A DNA stretch of 32,000 bases, from NCBI GenBank assembly GCA_963704705.1, contig OY969931.1, forward strand, positions 900,001 to 932,000, given 5' to 3'. Each line of letters begins with the position of its first letter. The first letter of the stretch is position 1. Below are positions 19,371-26,922 of the stretch, piece by piece. This DNA comes from an uncultured bacterium. Lineage in GTDB: Bacteria; Patescibacteriota; Gracilibacteria; UBA1369; PNNO01. The translations under genes and the position numbers were made by a program. The notes beneath the pieces were generated by a model. That model did no database searches, was not told where the DNA came from, and saw nothing but the letters and a program-made list of their open reading frames with translations.

Positions 19371-20357
19371 ATGGCTAAAAAGAACGTTCACTTATTTTTC
19401 GGAGATGACACGTACAGCTCGGCTCAAAAGCTTAAGTTTTGGCGTGAGCAATTCATGCAAAAATACGAAGGCGACACTAACATTGCTGAGCTTGAAGGCA
19501 AAACACTTGAAGCAAAAGACTTTGAAAGCGATATCCAGTCAACGCCTTTTCTTGCTGACAAGCGCCTGGTGATTGTTTATGACTTTTTGGCTAAGGGCAA
19601 TAAAGATCAGCAAAAGCGGGTGGCTGATATTCTTGAAGGCTTGGTGCCTGATTTCTGCATTATTGTGTTTTATGAATCAAAAGTGCCGGATAAGCGCGCA
19701 GCTTTATACAAAAAACTCAATAAACTGGGCCAGATTGAAGAATTTAAAGCATTAATGGGGCCTGAACTCACAAGATGGATCTCTAAAAAAGCAGAAGAAA
19801 TCGGCTTGCAACTTAATTTTGGTTTGGCTGATTATTTGGGCCAGGTTGCTGGCGGTGATTTGTGGAATCTTGCCAATGAACTCAATAAACTCAAGTTATA
19901 TTCCATTTCAAATCCCATTACTCGCGAAGTTATTGACGAGCTAGTGCATCCGAATCTAACTACAACCATATTCAAATTTACTGATTTTATTGCGCATCGT
20001 AATGCAAAGGGTTCGCTTGGTACGCTGCACATTTTGCTTGATAGCGGCGAAGACCTTATGAAGATTATCTTTATGATTGTGCGCCATTTCAGGATTCTTG
20101 TTCAGGTTAAGGATTTAATGGAACGCGGAAATGCAAAGTCGGATATTATCAGTAAGGTTAAAGAGCACCCTTATACGATTTCGACCACTATGCAACAAAG
20201 CCCCAATTTTAGCATTGAGGCTTTGCGTGATATATATGATTCCCTTTTACAGATCGATATTGGTATTAAAACCGGTAAGATTCGTATGCTGGCTGATGAT
20301 AAAAAGGAAATTATGCTTGCTTTGGAACAGTTTGTTTACAAAGTTTGCAGGAATTAG
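19371..20357 (+). CDS. holA: DNA polymerase III delta subunit
   Basis: 328 aa. The N-terminus VHLFFGDDTYSSAQKL...STPFLADKRLVIVYDF and the central GGDLWNLANELNKLKLY follow the HolA pattern. Confidence 0.7.
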   Translation: MAKKNVHLFFGDDTYSSAQKLKFWREQFMQKYEGDTNIAELEGKTLEAKDFESDIQSTPFLADKRLVIVYDFLAKGNKDQQKRVADILEGLVPDFCIIVFYESKVPDKRAALYKKLNKLGQIEEFKALMGPELTRWISKKAEEIGLQLNFGLADYLGQVAGGDLWNLANELNKLKLYSISNPITREVIDELVHPNLTTTIFKFTDFIAHRNAKGSLGTLHILLDSGEDLMKIIFMIVRHFRILVQVKDLMERGNAKSDIISKVKEHPYTISTTMQQSPNFSIEALRDIYDSLLQIDIGIKTGKIRMLADDKKEIMLALEQFVYKVCRN

Positions 20358-21772
20358 TGTTTGCTTAAATATTTATCGTATTCCCATTTGGTTACGCATG
20401 TTTTGTAATCAAACCAGTCGCTTTTGTGGGCTGCGTATATTGAATTAAACGCGTGTTCTCCAAGCGCGGCTTTAATTACCTCGTCTTTTTCAAGTTCTTT
20501 TGTTGCTTCCCACAAGTTTTGAGGCAAAGTTTGAATATTTAGTTCTTTTGCCTTTGCATCATCAAGATGAAAGATATCTTCATTAACCTGAGCAGGCGGT
20601 TCAATCTCGTTTTCAATTCCATCTAAGCCCGCTGCTAACATTACAGCAAACGCAAGGTATGGATTGCAGCTTGGATCAGGATTGCGAAGCTCTGCTCTTG
20701 TGCCTTTTTCACGGCCCGGTGTGTAACGAGGAATTCTGATAAGCGCGCTTCGGTTTGTATTGCCCCATGCAATGTAAGTTGGAGCCTCGTAGCCCGGAAC
20801 CAAACGTTTATAAGAATTAACAATCGGGTTTAAAATAGCTGCCATTGCTTTAATGTGCTTTAGCTGGCCTCCGATAAACTGATGAGCAAGAGTTGAAAGC
20901 TTTGTTTCGCTTTCCGCATCAAAAAATGCATTATCGCCATCTTTAAATAATGATTGATGAACATGCATTCCGCTTCCGTTTTGGCCTGCGATTGGCTTTG
21001 GCATAAATGTTGCGTGCAATCCGTATTTTTGTGCGATTGCCTTAACAGTATATTTAAGAGTTGCAGCGTTATCAGCGGTTGTTAGGGCATCAGAGTAAGT
21101 AAAATTAATTTCATGCTGGCCCTCCGCAACCTCGTGATGAAGAGTTTCAACATCAATATCCAAATCAATTAATGCGTCTGTTATTTCTTTTCTGATTTCT
21201 TCAGCAAGGTCAGTTGATAAATCAAAATAACCGCCTTTATCGTGTGGTAAAGGTTTTATTTCGTCATCTTCCTTTTTGAATAAAAAGAATTCAAGTTCAG
21301 GACCGGTATAGTAAGTTAAACCCAGTTTTGCGGCTCTTTCCATTTGTTTTTTAAGGATGTATCTTGGATCACCTTCAAATGGAGTGCCGTCAGGTTTGTA
21401 TACATCGCATATAAAGCGTGCTGTTACCCTTCCGCGTTCTCTTGACCATGGAACAATAGCAAAGGTGCTTAAATCGAGCTTTAAGTACATGTCGCTTTCA
21501 AATATTCGTGTGAATCCTTCGATTGAAGAACCGTCAAACCAAACATTGCTGTCTATTGCGTCTTCAAGCTTTGTTACAGGCAGAGTAATTGATTTAATGG
21601 TGCCTGTAATATCTGAAAACTGACACTTAAAATAACCAACTTCCTCTTTTTTAACTATTTCGAGGATTCTTTCTTTAAGAAGTTTTGGATCGTCATGTGC
21701 GAGTTTTGAAAGTTTTAATCTTTCACCGGTGTATGTGCGTACTTTTATTTTTGGGAGTGTGGTTGGTTCCAT
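20354..21772 (-). CDS. glnA: Glutamine synthetase type I
   Basis: NGSGMHVHQSLF, ALIRIPRYTPGREKGTRAELRNPDPSCNPYLAFAVMLAAGLDGI and an N-terminal beta-grasp (FSDITGTIKSITLP). 472 aa. Confidence 0.92.
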   Translation of the reverse strand: MEPTTLPKIKVRTYTGERLKLSKLAHDDPKLLKERILEIVKKEEVGYFKCQFSDITGTIKSITLPVTKLEDAIDSNVWFDGSSIEGFTRIFESDMYLKLDLSTFAIVPWSRERGRVTARFICDVYKPDGTPFEGDPRYILKKQMERAAKLGLTYYTGPELEFFLFKKEDDEIKPLPHDKGGYFDLSTDLAEEIRKEITDALIDLDIDVETLHHEVAEGQHEINFTYSDALTTADNAATLKYTVKAIAQKYGLHATFMPKPIAGQNGSGMHVHQSLFKDGDNAFFDAESETKLSTLAHQFIGGQLKHIKAMAAILNPIVNSYKRLVPGYEAPTYIAWGNTNRSALIRIPRYTPGREKGTRAELRNPDPSCNPYLAFAVMLAAGLDGIENEIEPPAQVNEDIFHLDDAKAKELNIQTLPQNLWEATKELEKDEVIKAALGEHAFNSIYAAHKSDWFDYKTCVTKWEYDKYLSKH

Positions 21773-21912
21773 CAGACAGGGATTAAGAATAAAACATCTT
21801 TTAATTTATTTGGATTTGGATAGATTGCAATAGCAAGTTTAAGGGCTGAAACAAGCTGTCGGAACAACTTTATACTCCCCTTTTTGTTTATCTTTTCATG
21901 AATAAAAAAACA

Positions 21913-21926
21913 TGTTAAACTTTAAC
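21913..21926 (+). promoter_or_regulatory. Possible extended -10 (TGtTAAACT) overlapped by the palindrome GTTAAAcTTTAAC, upstream of the TrmB-like gene
   Basis: TGtTAAACT lies at 21913-21921. The inverted repeat at 21914-21926 has perfect 6-bp arms and lies 39-51 nt upstream of ATG 21965. The same TGnTAAACT element occurs upstream of the giant-gene block. Confidence 0.3.
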
Positions 21927-21964
21927 TGTCGAAATTTTCTACAACAAATATTAACTTGACCCGC

Positions 21965-22696
21965 ATGCTGTTAGATGTCTTAAAAAATCTTGGTCTCAAT
22001 GACAAAGAAGCAAAAGTTTACCTTGCCACCCTTGAACTCGGATCATCCCCTGTTTCAGACATATCAAAAAAGGCGAAAATCAATCGTGTAACAACTTACG
22101 ACATACTCGAAAAGCTTATACAAAAGGGCTTTATTAATTATCTTACAAAAAATAAAATAAAATATTTTGACGCAGTAAAACCTGACACAATTTACAAAAT
22201 ATCCAAGCAAAAAACCGATGAACTTCGAAGCGCATTACCCGAATTAAAAAGACTCCACGGCGAAACAGCACATCCGCGCATCAGATATTTTGAAGGATTA
22301 AACGGAATCAAAGCAATTTACCAGGACACTCTAACCGCAAAAACCGAAATATTAAACTATGCGAATTCCGCGGAAATAAGAACCCACTGGCCCGAATACG
22401 ACAAAGAATACGTTGAAAAGCGCGCTGCAAAAGGCATCTTTTTAAAAGGAATCGCTCCCCTGGACGAAGCCGGATTAAAGGTTAAATCCGAAAACGAAAA
22501 ATACAACAGAAACATTCGCTTGATACCGAGGAATAAGTACGGCTTTAGTAACGAAATCAACATTTACGACAACAAAGTCTCAATAATTTCATTCAACGAA
22601 GGCCTGATCGGCATGATAATCGAAAGCAGCGAAATCGCAGAAACGCAAAGGGTAATATTTAAAATGGTGTGGGAGTTTGCGGGGCAGTTTAAGTAG
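21965..22696 (+). CDS. TrmB-family transcriptional regulator
   Basis: The N-terminal winged HTH LGLNDKEAKVYLATLELGSSPVSDISKKAKINRVTTYDILEKLIQKGFI matches the TrmB pattern. I prefer ATG 21965 over the track's TTG at 21956. Confidence 0.75.
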   Translation: MLLDVLKNLGLNDKEAKVYLATLELGSSPVSDISKKAKINRVTTYDILEKLIQKGFINYLTKNKIKYFDAVKPDTIYKISKQKTDELRSALPELKRLHGETAHPRIRYFEGLNGIKAIYQDTLTAKTEILNYANSAEIRTHWPEYDKEYVEKRAAKGIFLKGIAPLDEAGLKVKSENEKYNRNIRLIPRNKYGFSNEINIYDNKVSIISFNEGLIGMIIESSEIAETQRVIFKMVWEFAGQFK

Positions 22697-22702
22697 GGAC
22701 AA

Positions 22703-23038
22703 TTAGAAATAAAACGGCAAAGCAATTAAAACACCTATTATCTCAATTACTAATGAAGCAAAAATTAGAGTTTTTTTATTATTTTCAATTAATCCAACAA
22801 TGCTTAATATTAAAATTGTTACAGGGAGGATCCAAAATCCGATAATCCAGGATACAAATATAGGAATTGAAGTTAATAAAGAAAAAAATATGTTTATAAA
22901 TCCATTACTTATATTACTTAAAAATTTTAATTTATCTATTACCAGTAAAGGTATTAAAAATCTTACAGAAATTATAAATATCAAAAACAATAATGATAAA
23001 AAGAATGATATTTGCCCGTAAATTTGTTTCTTTTTCAA
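22703..23038 (-). CDS. Hypothetical small membrane protein (about 3 TM helices)
   Basis: 111-aa ORF that is almost entirely hydrophobic helices. No recognisable motif. Confidence 0.45.
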   Translation of the reverse strand: MKKKQIYGQISFFLSLLFLIFIISVRFLIPLLVIDKLKFLSNISNGFINIFFSLLTSIPIFVSWIIGFWILPVTILILSIVGLIENNKKTLIFASLVIEIIGVLIALPFYF

Positions 23039-23070
23039 ATTAATTTCTATTTAGACAAAATAAAAAATTA

Positions 23071-23424
23071 TTAAACTTCTATTTCCCTCCAAACCAATTC
23101 AATTGCATTGAAATAATCCTTTGTAAATTCAGCAGCTTTCTCAACAGAAAAAGGTTTGCAAGTATAACAATCAACAGTAAACAAAGGTGGGTTTGTGGGA
23201 TAAGAATAAAAAGTTGCACCTGAAGATTTCCAGTGGATCCAACCACCATAACCCATATCATGAGCGCTATATGCATGTGGTTCAGAGAGTTTATCCATAT
23301 TACAAACATTTGCCAGTTCATTTAGATACTCTTTTATCTTTTCTGGTTCAACTATCTTGTCAGTGGTTCCTTCAATTATTACTCTTTGACGTACAAGATC
23401 TGGAGCAAGATTTTTCCATTCCAT
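23071..23424 (-). CDS. Small protein with an S-adenosylmethionine decarboxylase (SpeH-type, pyruvoyl) related pattern
   Basis: GYGGWIHWKSSGATFYSYPTNPPLFTVDCYTCKPFSVEKAAEF is colinear with the SpeH core G.SGvvvisESHltIHTWPEygyaaiDvfTCG. The ES cleavage site and the His are not conserved. 117 aa. Confidence 0.35.
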   Translation of the reverse strand: MEWKNLAPDLVRQRVIIEGTTDKIVEPEKIKEYLNELANVCNMDKLSEPHAYSAHDMGYGGWIHWKSSGATFYSYPTNPPLFTVDCYTCKPFSVEKAAEFTKDYFNAIELVWREIEV

Positions 23425-23481
23425 AGAATTAAGTTATAAGTTAATTGTTCGTATGCATGCCCTACTTTCAAAATCAAATCC

Positions 23482-23727
23482 TTATTTATTTACTTTACCC
23501 TTTGAAGCATAATCACAAGCATACATACCGATATGTTCAGAAATAGCTGATTCTCCTGGTTTAACTTTCTCATAGGTTCCTTGCTTAATAATTATACAAT
23601 ATAAATCTTCAAGATAAGAAAAACCACTTTCCGATCGTGGTATAAACGGTTTAAGATCGATCAAAATTAATATGAATACGATGATAAAAATAATTTTTAC
23701 GATCAAATTTTTTCTTGAAGATTTCAT
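23482..23727 (-). CDS. Hypothetical small signal-anchored or secreted protein
   Basis: 81 aa. N-terminus MKSSRKNLIVKIIFIIVFILILI followed by a soluble tail with 2 Cys. Confidence 0.4.
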   Translation of the reverse strand: MKSSRKNLIVKIIFIIVFILILIDLKPFIPRSESGFSYLEDLYCIIIKQGTYEKVKPGESAISEHIGMYACDYASKGKVNK

Positions 23728-23776
23728 ATGAATTTTTTATAAGTATGGCTCACCTCCAAAACCCTCAATACTTATC

Positions 23777-24046
23777 CTAAGCTGATTTTAATTGAAATAA
23801 CTTAACAATTCCAGAAATTATTGAGAGCAGGACAAACCATGCCAGGGTCCAGATCAAAAAATCGATTATTAATCCAATATAAATAACTTCCGGACTTACA
23901 GGAGCCATGCTTACCGTGCTTAGTTTATAAAAATAGAATGGAAAGCCTCTGAGCATAGATTCAAATCCGTCTCTAATATAAAAATACGTCAGGAATGTGG
24001 TTATTAATCCCAATACGGGGCTGGCTATAAAAATTAATTTCTTCAT
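23777..24046 (-). CDS. Hypothetical small membrane protein (2-3 TM helices)
   Basis: 89-aa hydrophobic ORF with no motif. Confidence 0.4.
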   Translation of the reverse strand: MKKLIFIASPVLGLITTFLTYFYIRDGFESMLRGFPFYFYKLSTVSMAPVSPEVIYIGLIIDFLIWTLAWFVLLSIISGIVKLFQLKSA

Positions 24047-24063
24047 GCAAATAGAGTTAAAGT

Positions 24064-24264
24064 TTAAATTTGTGCAATTATTTCAATTCTCAAATAAATA
24101 TCTATCCTTTCTTGGTTTTGATAAATCAAATGATATTTATCATTTTTACCGCTTAGGCCAAGTTCCTTTGCGGATATAACTTTATATCCTTTTTCACGAA
24201 TAAATTCAATTAAATCCTCTTCTATATTTTCATCTGCATAAAATTTACACCTTCCAAATTTCAT
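24064..24264 (-). pseudogene. Truncated DUF5615-type PIN-like toxin remnant
   Basis: MKFGRCKFYADENIEEDLIEFIREKGYKVISAKELGLSGKNDKYHLIYQNQERI matches the N-terminal half of the family pattern (M.fLADENi...lv..Lr..GhdV....e.gl.G..D..il..A..e.R). The ORF ends after 66 aa, before the expected T.D.DF segment. There is no antitoxin ORF next to it. Confidence 0.4.
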
Positions 24265-24297
24265 AATTAATATTTACAATTTCAGCTAACTTACATT

Positions 24298-25737
24298 CTA
24301 CCTCCCCTCCTCATACTTCGCCCCCACCTTCAATATCAAATCCTCACTAAACTGCGGCCCTATAATTTGCATGCCTATCGGCAAACCTTTTTCGGCAGTA
24401 ACACCGCATGGCACATTCAATGCCGGCACTCCCGCTATATTAACCGGAACAGTGAATGCGTCCGCAAGGTACATTTGTAAGGGGTCGTCGGATTTTTCGC
24501 CGATTTTAAATGGAGGGAATGGTGAAGTCGGCCCGATCAATACATCAACGCGATTAAATAATTCATTCATTTCATTGATAATAAGCGTTCGCACTTTCTG
24601 CGCTTTTTTGTAGTAGGCGTCATAATAACCGGCGCTAAGCACGTAGGTTCCCATCATTATCCTTCTTTTAATTTCGTCTCCGAATCCTTCGCCTCTGCTG
24701 TTAAAATAATATTCAATCAAGTCTTCACCTTCTTTTTCAGGTTTTGTTCCGAAGCGAATAGAATCAAACCTCGCAAGGTTTGCGCTTAGTTCGGCAGGCA
24801 TAACAATATAATAAACCGCGATTGCGTATTTTATTGATGGAAAGCTTACTTCAACAACTTGCGCTCCTTTTGATTCCAGTACTTTAATTGCGTTTTTTAC
24901 GCTGTCGCTCACTTCAGGGTCTACATTTTTATCAAAAAATTCTTTTGGCACACCTATTTTTAATCCTTTTATATCACCTTCAATCAGTTTTGAGTATTCA
25001 GGCACTTCTTTTGGTGGAGTTGTTGAGTCCAGAGGGTCGGTTCCTGCTATTTTTTCCAATACAAATGCTGCGTCTTTAACATTTTTTGCAAAAGGACCGA
25101 TTGTATCGAGTGAAGATGCCATTGCTGTTACTCCGCTGCGCGAAACACGGCCGTATGTAACCTTAAGTCCAACCACTCCGCAAAACGATGCAGGCTGTCT
25201 TATTGAGCCTCCGGTGTCGGTTCCGATTGAAAATAGCGCACTGTTTGTTGCAACCGCAACTGCGCTGCCGCCGGAAGAGCCTCCCGGAACATATTCCGGG
25301 TCAACAGGGTTTTTAGTAGGGCCAAAATAACTGTATTCGGTTGATGCTCCGCACGCGAATTCATCCAGATTTGCCTTTCCAATCATTACTGCGCCCGCTT
25401 CTTTAAGTTTTCTAACAGCGGTTGCGTCGTATGGCGGAACAAAATCTTTAAGCATTTTAGATGCGCATGTTGTTTTAACTCCTTTTGTATTTAATAAATC
25501 TTTAATCGCGCATGGAATTCCTTCCAAAACTCCGATCTCAGTGCCTTTTGAAATTTTTTCATCAACTTTAGCTGCCACATTAAGGGCTTCTTCTTCGGTT
25601 AATGTAATTAAAAAATTAAGCTTTCTGTTTTCAGCTTTTGCATGATCCAAATGAGCCTGTGTAAGTTCTGCGCACGAAAACTCTTTATTTTTTAAACCGT
25701 TATGTGCGCTCTCAATTGTTAATTTCGATAAATCCAT
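24298..25737 (-). CDS. gatA: Glutamyl-tRNA(Gln)/aspartyl-tRNA(Asn) amidotransferase subunit A
   Basis: Amidase signature GGSSGGSAVAVA...GTDTGGSIRQPASFCGVVGLKVTYGRVSR. 479 aa, directly downstream of gatC. Confidence 0.92.
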   Translation of the reverse strand: MDLSKLTIESAHNGLKNKEFSCAELTQAHLDHAKAENRKLNFLITLTEEEALNVAAKVDEKISKGTEIGVLEGIPCAIKDLLNTKGVKTTCASKMLKDFVPPYDATAVRKLKEAGAVMIGKANLDEFACGASTEYSYFGPTKNPVDPEYVPGGSSGGSAVAVATNSALFSIGTDTGGSIRQPASFCGVVGLKVTYGRVSRSGVTAMASSLDTIGPFAKNVKDAAFVLEKIAGTDPLDSTTPPKEVPEYSKLIEGDIKGLKIGVPKEFFDKNVDPEVSDSVKNAIKVLESKGAQVVEVSFPSIKYAIAVYYIVMPAELSANLARFDSIRFGTKPEKEGEDLIEYYFNSRGEGFGDEIKRRIMMGTYVLSAGYYDAYYKKAQKVRTLIINEMNELFNRVDVLIGPTSPFPPFKIGEKSDDPLQMYLADAFTVPVNIAGVPALNVPCGVTAEKGLPIGMQIIGPQFSEDLILKVGAKYEEGR

Positions 25738-25739
25738 AA

Positions 25740-26030
25740 TTACTTTTTAATAGCGGGTTTAACACGAATCTGGTGCCTTTCTTTAGGCAAAGGCGAACAT
25801 TCCAAAAGATCATCTCCCGAACACTTTTTCTCAACTTCATCTGACTGCGAAACATTGGTTAAACCAGTAACCTGAGAGGTTTCAGCCACATCTGATGTAT
25901 CGGCTTCTTCAAGAATCTTTGCATAATCAAGTACATCGCCCAGCTGACCCGCAAACTTTTTAACCTGTGACTCGGTTAGTTCAAGTCTTGCTAGTTTTGC
26001 AACATATTTTACCTGATCTTCTGAAATCAT
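25740..26030 (-). CDS. gatC: Glutamyl-tRNA(Gln) amidotransferase subunit C
   Basis: MISEDQVKYVAKLARLELTESQVKKFAGQLGDVLDYAKILEEADTSDV is the canonical GatC N-terminus. Starting at ATG 26030 gives 96 aa. The track's start at 26108 adds 26 non-conserved residues and would overlap the divergent gene. Confidence 0.85.
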   Translation of the reverse strand: MISEDQVKYVAKLARLELTESQVKKFAGQLGDVLDYAKILEEADTSDVAETSQVTGLTNVSQSDEVEKKCSGDDLLECSPLPKERHQIRVKPAIKK

Positions 26031-26084
26031 ATCTTTATTATTAATCGTGAGTTTAGTATAATGGCGCTGGTCTAAAGATACAAT

Positions 26085-26390
26085 ATGCAAATAGATAAAA
26101 ATATTCAAAAAATAGCTTTGGTTTTCTTTTTCATCCTCGGATCTTTACATATATTGGCACATCTGATGCTGATTAATGAATATATGCCTGAAATTGCTTA
26201 TCCTGCAAAGAAAATACTTGAAATACCGTTTATTCTGACAGCTTTAACATACGGCTTTATAAGCTTTAAAATAAGTCTGGTTACTACAGAAAAAAAACAC
26301 ACAATCACAAATATAGTATTTGCTATTTTAATTATTGCTGTTTTTGGTATACTCATTTACCTCAACTTATTTATACCTGACAGAATATAA
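26085..26390 (+). CDS. Hypothetical small membrane protein (3 TM helices)
   Basis: 101 aa with three clear hydrophobic helices. A GC-rich hairpin follows it. Confidence 0.45.
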   Translation: MQIDKNIQKIALVFFFILGSLHILAHLMLINEYMPEIAYPAKKILEIPFILTALTYGFISFKISLVTTEKKHTITNIVFAILIIAVFGILIYLNLFIPDRI

Positions 26391-26398
26391 ATGTATTC

Positions 26399-26415
26399 GC
26401 CCCGCTTAGCGGGGC
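26399..26415 (+). other. GC-only hairpin GCCCCGC-tta-GCGGGGC
   Basis: Perfect 7-bp G/C stem, 9 nt after the stop at 26390. No U-tract follows, so it is not a canonical intrinsic terminator. Confidence 0.6.
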
Positions 26416-26475
26416 TCATGCTACGCTCGCGATCGTTCTATTCGCTCGCGAGACACTCGTTAACACTCGTGTCTG

Positions 26476-26922
26476 ATGGAAAATAATGAAGCTCCGGAAA
26501 AAATAGTAATGGCATTTGGAACATTTGATGTTTTTCATGCCGGACACGAACATTTTTTGAATCAGGCAAAAGAGCTTGGAGATTTTTTAATAGTTGTTGT
26601 TGCGCGTGATACTACAGTCAAAAACGTTAAAGGAGAGTATCCCGAACAACACGAAAGAGAGCGTCTTCATAATGTAAAAGAAAGCGGAATTGCCGATAAA
26701 GTTGTTCACGGTTATAATGATGATAAATATCGGGTTATTAAAAAATATAAACCCAATGTAATTGCACTCGGATACGATCAATTTGTATTTACGTACCAAT
26801 TGAATAAAATACTAATAGATGAACACATGAATACCGAGATTATAAGACTAAATTCATACAGACCTGATATTTATAAATCAACTCTAATTAAGATCAACAA
26901 TGCCCAAGAAGACCAAGGCTAA
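26476..26922 (+). CDS. Cytidylyltransferase-fold nucleotidyltransferase, RibL-like (archaeal-type FAD synthetase)
   Basis: AFGTFDVFHAGHEHFLNQAKELGDFLIVVVARDTTVKNVKG carries the (T/H)xGH nucleotidyltransferase motif. The ~148-aa size and the later KPNVIALGYDQ are colinear with archaeal RibL as I recall it. Confidence 0.55.
   Translation: MENNEAPEKIVMAFGTFDVFHAGHEHFLNQAKELGDFLIVVVARDTTVKNVKGEYPEQHERERLHNVKESGIADKVVHGYNDDKYRVIKKYKPNVIALGYDQFVFTYQLNKILIDEHMNTEIIRLNSYRPDIYKSTLIKINNAQEDQG

Noticed and set aside
26391-26475. An FMN riboswitch upstream of the flavin-related RibL-like gene, and a glutamine or other riboswitch in the glnA leader (21773-21964).
   Set aside because: The spacer is far shorter than the RFN element and lacks its conserved core. 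The glnA leader shows no extended conserved-looking structure, only short inverted repeats.
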